Source: an uncultured Spirochaetota bacterium
GTDB lineage: Bacteria; Spirochaetota; Spirochaetia; SZUA-6; Fen-1364
Direction: 5' to 3'
Length of the DNA stretch: 64,000 bases
Assembly (NCBI GenBank): GCA_963820525.1
Contig: CAWGAA010000001.1
Span: forward strand, 1,309,299 to 1,373,298
The notes under the pieces were generated by a model that saw only the letters and a list, made by a program, of their open reading frames with translations, ran no database searches and was not told where the DNA came from. The first letter of the stretch is position 1; every line of letters begins with the position of its first letter. Shown here piece after piece: positions 9,768-19,664 of this stretch. Made by a program: the position numbers and the translations under genes.

Positions 9768-10760
9768 ATGGCGCGACCAGTAACTCTCTTCACCGGCCAA
9801 TGGGTGGACCTCCCCCTCTCCGATCTCGCCCAGAAGGCGAAGGGCTGGGGCTACGACGGCCTGGAGATCGCCTGCTCGGGAGATCACATGGACGTGGAAA
9901 AGGCGGCACGGGACACGGAGTACTGCAAGCGGCAGCTCGGCCTTCTCTCCCGGCACGGCCTTTCGGTGTGGGCCATTTCCAACCACCTGGCCGGACAGCT
10001 CGTGTGCGACCCCAACGCGGATTCGCGCTCCGACGCCTACGCGCCGCCCTCCTGCGCGGGAAACCCCGAGAAGAAGCGCACCTGGGCCGTCGAGGCCCTG
10101 AAGAACACGGCGCGCGGTGCGAAGAACCTCGGGGTGAAGACGGTCTGCGGCTTCACCGGGTCCTCTATCTGGCACCTTTTCTACAGCTTCCCTCCCGTCA
10201 CGCGCCAGATGATCGATGAGGGCTTCGCCTTTTTTGCTAAAATGTGGAACCCCATCCTCGACGTGTTCGACGAGTGCGGAGTCCGCTTCGCCCTCGAAGT
10301 CCATCCCACGGAGATCGCCTTTGACCTTCACACGGCCAGGAGGGCGCTCGCGGCCGTGGGCGGGCGGAAGAGCTTCGGGTTCAACTTCGACCCCAGCCAC
10401 CTCCACTGGCAGATGGTGGACCCTCCCGCGTTCCTCCGGGAGTTCCCCGACAGGATCTTCCATGTCCACATGAAGGATGCCTCCATCGAGCTGGACGGAC
10501 GCTCCGGGATCCTCGGCTCGCACCTCGATTTCGGCCATCCCGACAGGGGATGGGATTTCCGCTCGCTGGGACACGGGGGCATCGACTTCGAGGAGATCAT
10601 CCGCGCCCTGAACGGCATCGGCTATGACGGGCCCCTGTCGGTGGAATGGGAAGACTCGGGGATGGAACGGGAGCACGGGGCCGCGGAATCCCTGGAGTTC
10701 GTCCGGAAGCTGGATTTCCCCGCCATGAAGCTCACGTTCGATTCAGCCTGCGGCAAATGA
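9768..10760 (+). CDS. Sugar phosphate isomerase/epimerase (xylose-isomerase-like TIM barrel)
   Basis: AP-endonuclease-2/TIM-barrel family features (GYDGLEI, FALEVHPTE, HMKDA). Commonly paired with Gfo/Idh/MocA oxidoreductases. Confidence 0.85.
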   Translation: MARPVTLFTGQWVDLPLSDLAQKAKGWGYDGLEIACSGDHMDVEKAARDTEYCKRQLGLLSRHGLSVWAISNHLAGQLVCDPNADSRSDAYAPPSCAGNPEKKRTWAVEALKNTARGAKNLGVKTVCGFTGSSIWHLFYSFPPVTRQMIDEGFAFFAKMWNPILDVFDECGVRFALEVHPTEIAFDLHTARRALAAVGGRKSFGFNFDPSHLHWQMVDPPAFLREFPDRIFHVHMKDASIELDGRSGILGSHLDFGHPDRGWDFRSLGHGGIDFEEIIRALNGIGYDGPLSVEWEDSGMEREHGAAESLEFVRKLDFPAMKLTFDSACGK

Positions 10761-11944
10761 AGCTGAAAGTCACGCCCGAAGACTTCCGCGTGGAGGAGGT
10801 GGCGGACATCTCCCTCTCGCGGAAGCCCGGCCCCTACTGCGTCTATCGCCTCACAAAAAGCTCGTGGGACACATTCGACCTGGTGAGCCTCCTGGCGCGC
10901 AAGATGCGCGTCCCCCGTGACGCCGTCTCGGTGGGGGGGATGAAGGACAGGTACGGAAAAACCACCCAGCTCATCTCCGTGCGCTCCCTCAAGAGTCCGC
11001 CTCGGGAAGTGGCGGACGCCAACTTCCGCGCGGAGCTTGCCGGCTTCTCCAGCCGGCCTCTCTCGGCGCGCGCGGTGAAGGGCAACAGGTTCTCACTCGT
11101 GCTTCGGGACATGCGGGAGGCGGAGGTCGCGGCGGCCCGGAAGAACCTGGCCTCCGTGCGGGCCTGCGGAATTCCCAACTATTACGACGAGCAGCGTTTC
11201 GGCTCCGCCCGGCATGGAGGCGGGTTCATGGGCAAGAGCATCTTCCTCGGCAGGCGGGAGGAAGCCCTGAAGCTGTACTTCCTCCCCTCCAAGCACGACG
11301 ACCAGAAGACGCGAAAGCTCAAGAAGAAGGTGACCGAGTTCTGGGGGCGGTGGAGCGAGTGCCTCGATCTGGGCTTCGGAGAATACTCGCGGGTTCTCTC
11401 CTACCTGGCCGCGCACCCCCGGGCATACCACAAGGCCCTCGCCATCATCGACAAGCGCTTCCTCGTGTTCATCCTCAATGCCTACCAGTCCTTTCTCTTC
11501 AACTGCATCTTGGGGAGGTACATCGAGGGGCTGGCCGCGGACCGCGGCTTTTCCGTGCGCTCGATCGCCTACGCCCACGGCAGCTATGTCTTCCCCGAGT
11601 CCCTGCCCGAGGGAATGCTGGAGGAGCTCACCGGCACGCTCCTGCCGGTGCCGGGATACGACAGCCTCATGCCCGATCCCGCGGTAAGGGAAATCGTGCG
11701 CGAGGTGCTTGCGTCGGAGGAAATTCGCCTGGAGGATCTGCGGGTGAAGCAGATGCGGGCGGTGAGCGCCCATGGAGTGGAGCGCGCCGCGTTCGTCGCC
11801 GTTGAAGATCTGGCCGAGCCGCTCGTGTCGGACGACGAGCTGTACCCGGGAAAGAAGAAAATGGCCATCTCGTTCTTCCTTCCCCGAGGAAGCTACGCGA
11901 CCATCCTGGTCAAGAGGATTCAAGCTCCCCCGGCAGGCCCGTGA
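10757..11944 (+). CDS. truD: tRNA pseudouridine(13) synthase TruD
   Basis: MKLKVTPEDFRVEE N-terminus, the catalytic GGMKDRYGKTTQ motif, and NYYDEQRFG. ATG 10757 overlaps the upstream stop (ATGA). Confidence 0.85.
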   Translation: MKLKVTPEDFRVEEVADISLSRKPGPYCVYRLTKSSWDTFDLVSLLARKMRVPRDAVSVGGMKDRYGKTTQLISVRSLKSPPREVADANFRAELAGFSSRPLSARAVKGNRFSLVLRDMREAEVAAARKNLASVRACGIPNYYDEQRFGSARHGGGFMGKSIFLGRREEALKLYFLPSKHDDQKTRKLKKKVTEFWGRWSECLDLGFGEYSRVLSYLAAHPRAYHKALAIIDKRFLVFILNAYQSFLFNCILGRYIEGLAADRGFSVRSIAYAHGSYVFPESLPEGMLEELTGTLLPVPGYDSLMPDPAVREIVREVLASEEIRLEDLRVKQMRAVSAHGVERAAFVAVEDLAEPLVSDDELYPGKKKMAISFFLPRGSYATILVKRIQAPPAGP

Positions 11945-12767
11945 CATTTCCGCATTTTGCCCTGGCGAAGTTCGCGGCCTTCTCCAGCCCTGTCTGGCCA
12001 TCCACCCTCTTGTGCCTGCACAGGGCCCAGAAGATCCTCTCCGCCGAGCCTTCGCCGTACACCTTTTCCAGAAGCGCGACGTTCTGCAGAAGGTTCTGGA
12101 TGAGGATCTCGTTCTCTCCCGCCCCTTCGATGAAGCTCCGCATCACCTCCGCGGTTCCCTTGAACAGAGATTCGCAGCGCACCATGAAGCGGAAGATGAG
12201 CTCCTCCGTCTCGGCGTTCACCTTCATGCTGATATCGGACAGGGCGTGCAGCCTCTCCAGCTCGCTCGTCTCCTCCGGGTTGAAGGTGTAGCCGGCGCGC
12301 TTGGCCAGCCTTTCGATGCGGGCGATCTGCCCCTGCTCCTTCTTGAACTCCGGGGCATACCTTTCCAGCTGGTAGAGGGATTCTCCCAGGATGAGAAGCA
12401 GGTGGTAGCCCGTGGCGATGTAGGAGTCGATTGCGCGCTCCTCGATGCTCGCCTTCAGCTCATTGATCATGCGCCGGGAGCCCTTGTCCGCCGCGCCCGG
12501 CTCCGCGCGCTTGCCGGTCCGCGGGCCTGCGCGGAACAGGTGATGGGCCTTCTCCTTCATGTCGAAGGCAAGGCTCTGGACGAGCTCCCATACCGAGGTG
12601 TACAGGCCGCTCTCGGCGAGACAGTCGTCCCGCATCGCCTTCTGGAACTCCTCGCGGATGGCATGAAACGATTCGTAGGCCTTGAGGAACTTCACCGCAA
12701 GGAACGCGAGGTGCTCTTTCCGGCGCCGTGATTCGAATTGCGTGAGGACCGACGGATTTTTCGCCAT
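11910..12767 (-). CDS. Hypothetical protein (285 aa), predicted alpha-helical, no recognised domain
   Basis: Long ORF with host-like codon usage. It is convergent with truD and overlaps it by 35 nt. Confidence 0.5.
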   Translation of the reverse strand: MAKNPSVLTQFESRRRKEHLAFLAVKFLKAYESFHAIREEFQKAMRDDCLAESGLYTSVWELVQSLAFDMKEKAHHLFRAGPRTGKRAEPGAADKGSRRMINELKASIEERAIDSYIATGYHLLLILGESLYQLERYAPEFKKEQGQIARIERLAKRAGYTFNPEETSELERLHALSDISMKVNAETEELIFRFMVRCESLFKGTAEVMRSFIEGAGENEILIQNLLQNVALLEKVYGEGSAERIFWALCRHKRVDGQTGLEKAANFARAKCGNVTGLPGELESS

Positions 12768-12844
12768 CCGAGACTCCTATCTTCGATCATAACCGGCGGG
12801 CCTCGTCCTTGACAAGAACCGAAGCTTCTGGTCGAGTAGATTGG

Positions 12845-13950
12845 ATGCTGCAGACTCCCCCGGGAGAGCAATACCTTCGCATCGCCACGCGGCTCCTGCT
12901 GGTGATTGTGATCTTCCTCACCGTGGCGGCCCTCAGGTTCGCCCAGCCCGTAATCATCGCGCTCCTTCTCACGGTGCTCCTGGTCTACGTGATGGATCCC
13001 ATCGTGAGCTTCCTCCAGAAGCGGCGCTTTCCCCTGTGGCTCGCCACTTTCATCGCGGCGCTCCTGTTCACCTCGTTCTTCCTCGGGCTCTCCCTCCTGC
13101 TCGTGAGGGCCTTGCCCATTTCGGCAAGACGTTCCCCCGGTTCCAGGATGAGATCTTCAGCCGCGCCGAAAACGCGCTCAACGACCTGGAGCGCGCCCTG
13201 GGAACGCACATCGCGGTGAACCCCTTCGAGGAGCTTCGGACGCTTCAGATCGGCCCCAGCGCCATTAGCGCCGTGAGGTCAGCAGCGCGAATCCTCTCCG
13301 AGTTCTTCCTCATCCTGTTCTTCTCCATCATCCTCCTCCTGGGAAAGCACTCGGTCACGCGCAAGATCCTCACCGTCTTTCCCCGGCGGCACAGCCTCAT
13401 CCCCATCATCCTGCGCCATATCGACCGGCATCTGCGGATCTTTCTCGGGATAAAGGGACTCGCAAGCATCGCGGTGGGGCTCGGCACGGGGCTCATCCTC
13501 TTCGGTTTCCAGGTAGAGTTCGCCGTGACCTGGGGTTTCCTCACCTTCCTGTCCAACTTCGTCCCGACCCTGGGGCCCATCGCCGCGGTTTTGGCGCCCG
13601 TGCTCATCGCCATGGTTCAATATGAGGGGCTTCTTATTCCGCTTCTCATCGCTTCGTGCCTCGCCGCCCTGCACATCGGCGTGTCGAGCCTCCTGGAGCC
13701 GAAGTTCATGGGCCAGCACTTAAACCTCTCGTTTTTCGTGATCTTTCTGTCCCTCTTTTTATTCGGCTGGCTCTGGGGTCCCGCCGGAGTGCTCCTCGCC
13801 GTTCCCGTGACCACTTCCGTGAAGATAATATTAGAGAGGATTCCCTCCACCTCCCGCTTCGCGCTGCTCCTGGAGAGCGCTCGAAGGCCGCGGTGGCCGA
13901 GAAAAACTGCGGCGCAGGAAGAACAGAGGTCGGAAAGCTCAGGGCAATAA
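12845..13950 (+). CDS. AI-2E family transporter (PerM/UPF0118), frameshifted near 13100-13115
   Basis: N-terminal TM helices lie in frame 2 (12845-~13110). The remaining ~280 aa lie in frame 1 and show AI-2E topology (FGKTFPRFQDEIF..., multiple TM helices, C-terminal VPVTTSVKIILE). Confidence 0.75.
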
Positions 13951-13956
13951 AACGCA

Positions 13957-14110
13957 TTGGCCGTGTCGCGCTTCTCTGGCCGTGTCGCGCTTTGCGCCGA
14001 CGCGGCCGGGCCGGCGCGGCCGGGCCGCCGCAGCGTGCGGCGTTCCGGGGCGCTTCTCTGGCCGTGTCGCGCTTCGCGCCGACGCGGCCGAGCCGCCGCA
14101 GCGTTGACCA
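13957..14110. repeat. GC-rich imperfect direct repeats (GGCCGTGTCGCGCTT x3; a ~50-bp unit CTCTGGCCGTGTCGCGCTTYGCGCCGACGCGGCCGRGCCGCCGCAGCG x2) in an intergenic region
   Basis: Repeats are directly visible. The region lies between the AI-2E stop and the CBS-ACT operon promoter. Confidence 0.7.
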
Positions 14111-14132
14111 ATGCTGCCGATATTTCTATACT
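14104..14132 (+). promoter_or_regulatory. Near-consensus sigma70 promoter TTGACC-N17-TATACT for the CBS-ACT/aminotransferase operon
   Basis: TTGACC at 14104-14109, a 17-nt spacer, and TATACT at 14127-14132. Strong RBS AGGAGAAAGAGGAGG precedes ATG 14177. Confidence 0.55.
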
Positions 14133-14176
14133 AAACTAGCCGGTATCTATAATAGAGGAGAAAGAGGAGGCAAAAC

Positions 14177-14821
14177 ATGCTCGTGAAGGAACGGATGAGC
14201 CGAAATCCCATCACGATCAAGCCTGACATGCCGGTCACCGAAGCTCAGGCGCTCATGAAGCGCGAGAAGATCCATCACCTCCCGGTCCTGGAAAAAGGTG
14301 AGAAGCTGGTGGGAATCGTGACCGAGAAGGACCTTTTGTATGCCTCCCCCTCCCCGGCCACGACATTGAGCGTGTATGAGATGACGTCGCTTCTGGCCAA
14401 GCTCACCGTGGACAAGGTGATGACGCACAAGGTGATCACGGTGAGTGAAGAGGTTCCCATCGAGGAGGCCGCCCGGATCATGGCGGACCACGACATCGGG
14501 GGCCTGCCGGTCATGCGGGGCGCCACGGTGGTGGGGATCATCACGGAAAGCGACATGTTCCGCGTATTCATCGAGCTTTTCGGCGCCCGGCAGAAGGGCG
14601 TCCGAATGTCGATGTACATTCCGGAGCAGAAGGGAATGCTGGCCAGGATCACCAAGGTGATCGCGGACGCGGGGGGGAACATCCTCGCTCTGGGAACGTT
14701 CCTCGGTGAGGATCCGACCAACAGCCTGTGCACGATCAAGGTGGAAGGGGTTCCCATGGAGAGCCTCACGCAGGCGCTCAAGCCCCTCGTGCAGAAGTTC
14801 GAAGATATTAGGGAAGTCTGA
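14177..14821 (+). CDS. CBS-pair plus ACT domain protein (AcuB-like)
   Basis: Two CBS motifs (HHLPVLEKGEKLVGIVTEKD, GGLPVMRGATVVGIITESD) followed by a C-terminal ACT-like fold. Confidence 0.8.
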   Translation: MLVKERMSRNPITIKPDMPVTEAQALMKREKIHHLPVLEKGEKLVGIVTEKDLLYASPSPATTLSVYEMTSLLAKLTVDKVMTHKVITVSEEVPIEEAARIMADHDIGGLPVMRGATVVGIITESDMFRVFIELFGARQKGVRMSMYIPEQKGMLARITKVIADAGGNILALGTFLGEDPTNSLCTIKVEGVPMESLTQALKPLVQKFEDIREV

Positions 14822-14864
14822 TAAAAGGTCGAAAGAAGAGAGGTTTATCGTGGAGTTGAAGAGA

Positions 14865-16058
14865 ATGGCCCTATCACAGCGAGGCGCCGAGGTACCCTGG
14901 TCTCCCATCCGAAAGCTCACCCCCCTGGCAGACGCCGCCCGCGCGCGGGGCATCTGGATCCATCACCTGAACATCGGCCAGCCCGACATCAAGACCCCCA
15001 AGCCGGTCATTGACGCCTACAGAAACTTCAACGCGGACGTGCTCGCCTACAGCCCATCGCTGGGGATCCCCCAGCTGCGCACGTCCATCGCCGGCTACTA
15101 CAACCGCTACGGCATCGACGTGAGCCCATCAGACGTGGCCGTCACGACGGGCGGGAGCGAGGCCATCTTCTTCGCCCTCTCGGCCCTGTGCGATCCCGGA
15201 GACGAGATCCTCGTGCGCGAGCCGTTCTACGCGAACTATATTGCTTTCGCCGCCATGATCTCCGCCAAGGTCGTGCCCATCCCCTCCTCCATCGAGACGG
15301 GTTTCCGCCTGCCTTCCCGGGAAGAGATATCCACCTATATCACGCCGCGGACAAAAGCCATCCTCTACATCTCTCCCGAGAACCCGACCGGCATCGTGTA
15401 CGACCGCCGGGAGCTTGATACCTTCCGCGAGCTTGCGGAGCGTTTCGGGCTGTACCTGATCGCCGACGAGGTGTACCGAGAGTTCATCTACGACGACCAT
15501 GTCGAGTTCACCTCGGTCCTGGATCTGAAGGGATTCGAGGATCACGCCATCCTCATCGATTCGATCTCGAAGAGATTTTCCTCCTGCGGGGCGCGCATCG
15601 GCTGCATCGTGTCCAAGAACACGGGAGTCCTGGAGCTGGTGGACAAGTTCGCCCAGGCCAGGCTCTGCGCTCCCACGGTGGGCCAGCTCGCCGCGGATGC
15701 CGCCTATCACATGGACCCCTCCTACTTCACTCCCATAAAAGAGGAGTACAAGAAGCGCAGGGACACCCTCGTGGAGAGGCTTTCCGCAATCCCGGGCACC
15801 CTGTTCCACGTGCCCGAGGGCGCCTTCTATGTCATGGCGAGGCTGCCCGTGGACGACGCCGAGGATTTCTGCCGGTTCCTCCTCGCTGATTTCTCCTGGA
15901 AGGGAAAGACCGTCATGCTCACCCCCGGTTCCGGCTTCTACTCGACCCCGGACCTGGGCAAGGACGAGGTGCGGATCGCCTACGTGCTGGAGTGCGAAAA
16001 GATCGAGGAATCCATGGAGATGATCAAGCGCGCCCTGGAGAGGTACAAAAACCGCTAG
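14865..16058 (+). CDS. PLP-dependent aminotransferase, class I/II (aspartate/aromatic aminotransferase family)
   Basis: N-terminal SPIRKL, the SKRFSSCGARIG PLP-lysine region, and GxxR near the C-terminus. An in-frame GTG at 14850 is an alternative start. Confidence 0.85.
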   Translation: MALSQRGAEVPWSPIRKLTPLADAARARGIWIHHLNIGQPDIKTPKPVIDAYRNFNADVLAYSPSLGIPQLRTSIAGYYNRYGIDVSPSDVAVTTGGSEAIFFALSALCDPGDEILVREPFYANYIAFAAMISAKVVPIPSSIETGFRLPSREEISTYITPRTKAILYISPENPTGIVYDRRELDTFRELAERFGLYLIADEVYREFIYDDHVEFTSVLDLKGFEDHAILIDSISKRFSSCGARIGCIVSKNTGVLELVDKFAQARLCAPTVGQLAADAAYHMDPSYFTPIKEEYKKRRDTLVERLSAIPGTLFHVPEGAFYVMARLPVDDAEDFCRFLLADFSWKGKTVMLTPGSGFYSTPDLGKDEVRIAYVLECEKIEESMEMIKRALERYKNR

Positions 16059-16090
16059 GGCCCGGCCCCGCCTCCCGCTCCAGCGTCTCG

Positions 16091-18343
16091 CTAATCGCCG
16101 AAAGCATTGCCGATCCAGGAACCCTGGCCGCCCTTGCCCGTGGCCCCTCCCGGCGCGGGCGTCGGCTGTATCCTGGCAGGAATCCCATCCAGCGCGGAAA
16201 GCACGATCCCCGGAGTCAGGATCTCCGGAAGAATCTTCGGCTGGCCCGTACCCGGGTAATACAGCACGTAAAGGGGGACCCCGCTCCTGCCGTATCCGGC
16301 CAGGGCCTGGGCGATCTCGTCGTTTCTGTCGGTCCAATCCGCTTTCAGTGTCGCCACGTCGAGCTCCTTGAGCCTGCTTTCAACGGCGGGGTTCTGGAGC
16401 GCGATACGCTCGTTCACCTTGCAGGTCAGGCACCATTGGGCGCTGAAATCGATCAGCACCGGCGAGCCCGCCAGCCGAAGCTCGGCCAGCCGCGCTGCGC
16501 TGAAAGGCTCCCATGTTGAGCCGGAAGCGGCCGTGGTCCCCTGCGGCGCTCCCGCGCCGGATAGAGCGCCCGCGGCGCCCTGCCCACCGGCCTGCGGCGT
16601 TGCGAATGCGGCATGCTGGGCCGCTCCCGCCGCGATGCGCGCCGAGACTGCCGCTCCTCCTACAACCAGGAGAAGCGCGAGCACCGAGGCGGTAATGCGC
16701 GAGCCAAGCGGCCTGTCGAGGCTTGCCCATCGGCCATAGATCCATGCCCCGAGCCCGCAGACTGCCAATCCGCCAAGAAGAAAGGTAACGGCCTGCGCCC
16801 CGGCGAGGGTCGCCAGGACGGAGCCCAGCCACACGACCGTGGCCATCATCAGGAACCCCAGCGCCTGCTTCAGGGTCTCCGTCCACTTGCCCGGCTTGGG
16901 AACGCGGGCGAGGAGGCGGGGAGATGCGGAAAGCACAAGGGACGGGGCCGCCATTCCGAGGCCGAGGGCCGTGAACACGGAGAATGCGGCTGGCAAAGGC
17001 TCGGCAAGGGCGAAGCCGAGGGCGCTCCCCATGAAGGGCGCCGTACAGGGCGTCGCCACCACGGTAGCCAAAAACCCCGTGAAAAATGACCCGCTGAACC
17101 CTCCCCTGCCGCGGAGCCCGGCGCCGACCGAGGCGGCGCGCGTGCCCAGCTCGAATACGCCGAACATGTTCAGACCCAGGAGGAATATGAGGGCTGCCAT
17201 GACAACCACGACAGCCGGGTTCTGGAACTGGAAGCCCCACCCCAGGAGATTCCCCCCGGCCCGGAGAGCCAGCAGGACGCCGAAGAGGATCCAGAACGAG
17301 ACAAGCACTCCCGCCGTAAAGACAAGCCCATGGGCCAGCGAACGGCGCGGCGAGGAGTGCGCTTCACGGACAAAGCCCATCACCTTGAGGGAAAGCACGG
17401 GCAGCACGCAGGGCATGAGGTTGAGGATCAACCCTCCGATAAAGGCAAAAGCTATCGCGAGGAGCAGGGGGAGCGAGGCCGCGCTGCCCGCCGCGCCGCG
17501 CGCCAGCGGCACGTCCACGGAAAACGCCCGGGTTCCGTCAGCGCTTGAGACGGACAGGATACCCTGGAACCGTTGGGGAAGCTCGCTTCCCGCAGAGGCG
17601 ACGCGCGACAGCTTCATGCTGAAGCCCCCGCCGCCGGCCTCCGCGTTCTGGGGAGCGGAGGAGGCGATGATGTTCTCGGATTCGGGATAGAAGTAGGCTT
17701 GCGATCCGGCGGGAAGGGAAAGACCGGCCGAGCTGAGCGTGATTGAATCCGCGGCAACTGATGCGCTGAAACGAGCGCTTGTATCCGGGCCGGGAAGGGC
17801 GGCCCGCGCATTTTCGATTTGAGCTGACCAGCGGGGGTCCACCGGCGGCGTTCCCGCCATGACGGGAAGCTCGAGGGAGAGGTCCGCCTTCCCGGGGATG
17901 CACTCGATCTTGCAGGCGAGAAAGCTCACCGTCGCGGCCAGGTCTGCCTTCCCTCCTGGGGCAAGCCCCGGCGGCGGGGTGATCCTTGCCAGGAGGAGCA
18001 CCTCCCCATCATAACCATAGGTCATGGTGCCGGAGGAGAGGAATTTCTGCGGAAGGGGCCAGAGCAGAGGATCTGCCGCGAATCCCGGGGGGAGGCGCCA
18101 GCTCACCGTGGTTGGAAGGCCCGCATCTCCCGGATTCCGCCAATATACGTGCCACTGCGGGTCCATCTTCAGCCGCACGGCCGCCCAGAAGGGATTTCCG
18201 GCCGCAACCGCTGCGCTCTCCGATACCAGCTCGGCCTCCACGTGGACCGTGCGCACGGGAAGCGCGAAGGCGATTCCCGCGGTCAACAAGAAAAGCGGGA
18301 CGAGGGCCCCAGCCGCGAACCGAGACAAGGTCATGTGTCTCAT
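16091..18343 (-). CDS. dsbD: Thiol:disulfide interchange protein DsbD (DsbD-alpha domain, TM core, C-terminal thioredoxin)
   Basis: N-terminal DsbD-alpha region (WHVYWRNPGDAGLPT), a central multi-TM region containing the conserved Cys pair, and a C-terminal thioredoxin motif WCLTCK. Start is ambiguous (18343 or 18334). Confidence 0.85.
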   Translation of the reverse strand: MRHMTLSRFAAGALVPLFLLTAGIAFALPVRTVHVEAELVSESAAVAAGNPFWAAVRLKMDPQWHVYWRNPGDAGLPTTVSWRLPPGFAADPLLWPLPQKFLSSGTMTYGYDGEVLLLARITPPPGLAPGGKADLAATVSFLACKIECIPGKADLSLELPVMAGTPPVDPRWSAQIENARAALPGPDTSARFSASVAADSITLSSAGLSLPAGSQAYFYPESENIIASSAPQNAEAGGGGFSMKLSRVASAGSELPQRFQGILSVSSADGTRAFSVDVPLARGAAGSAASLPLLLAIAFAFIGGLILNLMPCVLPVLSLKVMGFVREAHSSPRRSLAHGLVFTAGVLVSFWILFGVLLALRAGGNLLGWGFQFQNPAVVVVMAALIFLLGLNMFGVFELGTRAASVGAGLRGRGGFSGSFFTGFLATVVATPCTAPFMGSALGFALAEPLPAAFSVFTALGLGMAAPSLVLSASPRLLARVPKPGKWTETLKQALGFLMMATVVWLGSVLATLAGAQAVTFLLGGLAVCGLGAWIYGRWASLDRPLGSRITASVLALLLVVGGAAVSARIAAGAAQHAAFATPQAGGQGAAGALSGAGAPQGTTAASGSTWEPFSAARLAELRLAGSPVLIDFSAQWCLTCKVNERIALQNPAVESRLKELDVATLKADWTDRNDEIAQALAGYGRSGVPLYVLYYPGTGQPKILPEILTPGIVLSALDGIPARIQPTPAPGGATGKGGQGSWIGNAFGD

Positions 18344-18353
18344 TGAGAAGAAC

Positions 18354-19460
18354 TTACAGCGACGGCTCCGTGTAGGCAAGGTTGCAGCTCTTGGCCACGC
18401 CGGGATGCACGCAGGCGCCCTTGAGGATGTTGATCCCCTTGCGGATGGCGGGATTCGCTTTCGCGGCCGCCTCGACGCCTCCCCTGGCGATCTCGAGGCC
18501 GTATGGCAGAGTCACGCTGGTAAGGGCGATGGTGGAGGTGCGCGCCACGGCGCCCGGCATATTGGCCACGCAATAGTGCACGATCCCGTCCACGATGTAG
18601 ATGGGGTCGTCGTGGGTGGTGGGCCGGGATGTTTCAGCGCATCCGCCCTGGTCTATGGCGACGTCCACGATCACAGCGCCGGGCTGCATGAGGGCGAGAT
18701 GCCTGCGCATGATCAGCTTGGGGGCCGTCTCTCCCGTCACCAGCACGGCGCCTATCACGATGTCCGATTCTCGAAGGGCCTGCTCGATGTTGGCCTCGGT
18801 GGCGTAGAGGGTCGTGAGGGAGCTTCCGAAGATGTCGTCGAGGTAGGCGAGGCGTTTGGAGCTGATGTCCAGCACCGTCACGTATCCGCCCATTCCCACC
18901 GCGATCTTGGCCGCGTTGGTCCCCACCACCCCGCCGCCCAGGATGCTCACGCGCCCCCGCTGGACTCCCGGCACCCCGCCGATGAGAATTCCCCGGCCCC
19001 CGAACTCCTTTTCCAGGTACTTTGCCCCTTCCTGGACGGCGAGCCTGCCGGCGATCTCGCTCATGGGAGTGAGGCAGGGGAGCGACCTGTCGGCCAGCTC
19101 GATGGTCTCGTAGGCCACCGCGTCCACCTTCCGGTCCAGGAGCATCTGGGCAAGCCTCCTGTCCGCGGCAAGGTGAAGGTAGGTGAACAGGATCTGCCCG
19201 CGGCGGAAGAGCTCGTACTCATCCGGCAGGGGCTCCTTCACCTTCACGATCATGTCGGCGCGGGCGAAGATCTCCCGCTTCTCCGTCGCCACTGAGGCTC
19301 CCGCGGAAACATACTCGGCGTCTTCGTAGCCCGCTCCGAGCCCGGCTCCCTTCTCCACCAGTACGGAATGCCCTCCGCGCACGTATGCCCCAACCGAGCT
19401 GGGGGTCATTCCCACCCGGTACTCGTGGCGTTTTATCTCCTTGGGTACCCCTATGGTCAT
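18354..19460 (-). CDS. ald: Alanine dehydrogenase
   Basis: MTIGVPKEIKRHEYRVGMTP N-terminus and Rossmann GGGVVGTNAAKIAVGMG. AAAGGAG RBS upstream of ATG 19460. Confidence 0.9.
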   Translation of the reverse strand: MTIGVPKEIKRHEYRVGMTPSSVGAYVRGGHSVLVEKGAGLGAGYEDAEYVSAGASVATEKREIFARADMIVKVKEPLPDEYELFRRGQILFTYLHLAADRRLAQMLLDRKVDAVAYETIELADRSLPCLTPMSEIAGRLAVQEGAKYLEKEFGGRGILIGGVPGVQRGRVSILGGGVVGTNAAKIAVGMGGYVTVLDISSKRLAYLDDIFGSSLTTLYATEANIEQALRESDIVIGAVLVTGETAPKLIMRRHLALMQPGAVIVDVAIDQGGCAETSRPTTHDDPIYIVDGIVHYCVANMPGAVARTSTIALTSVTLPYGLEIARGGVEAAAKANPAIRKGINILKGACVHPGVAKSCNLAYTEPSL

Positions 19461-19664
19461 GATCTTGCTCCTTTGCGTGCCACCCCTCACCCGGGGGTGC
19501 GATGTCCCAGGCCGGACCATCCGCGATCGATCATAGGAGCCCGGAATGGGAAGGTCAAGCCGAGGCGGATCGCCGGGAGCACCGCCGGCGCCGGCAGCCT
19601 ACCCCTTTTCGTGAATTTGACACCATCCGACTCGGCGCGATACCCTAGAGCAGGAGAGGGAGAT

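Noticed and set aside
8540-9793. 417-aa minus-strand ORF antisense to the Gfo/Idh/MocA gene
   Set aside because: No homology, skewed composition, fully overlapped by a strong plus-strand gene.
9702-10676. 324-aa minus-strand ORF antisense to the sugar phosphate isomerase
   Set aside because: Same reasoning: antisense GC-rich open frame.
11093-12001. 302-aa minus-strand ORF antisense to truD
   Set aside because: No homology. Overlaps a confidently identified gene.
13957-14110. Possible CRISPR array (direct repeats)
   Set aside because: Only 2-3 degenerate copies, no regular repeat-spacer periodicity, and no cas genes. Better explained as a REP-like or regulatory repeat adjacent to a promoter.
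15129-16337. 402-aa minus-strand ORF antisense to the aminotransferase
   Set aside because: Low-complexity, no domains, overlapped by a real gene.
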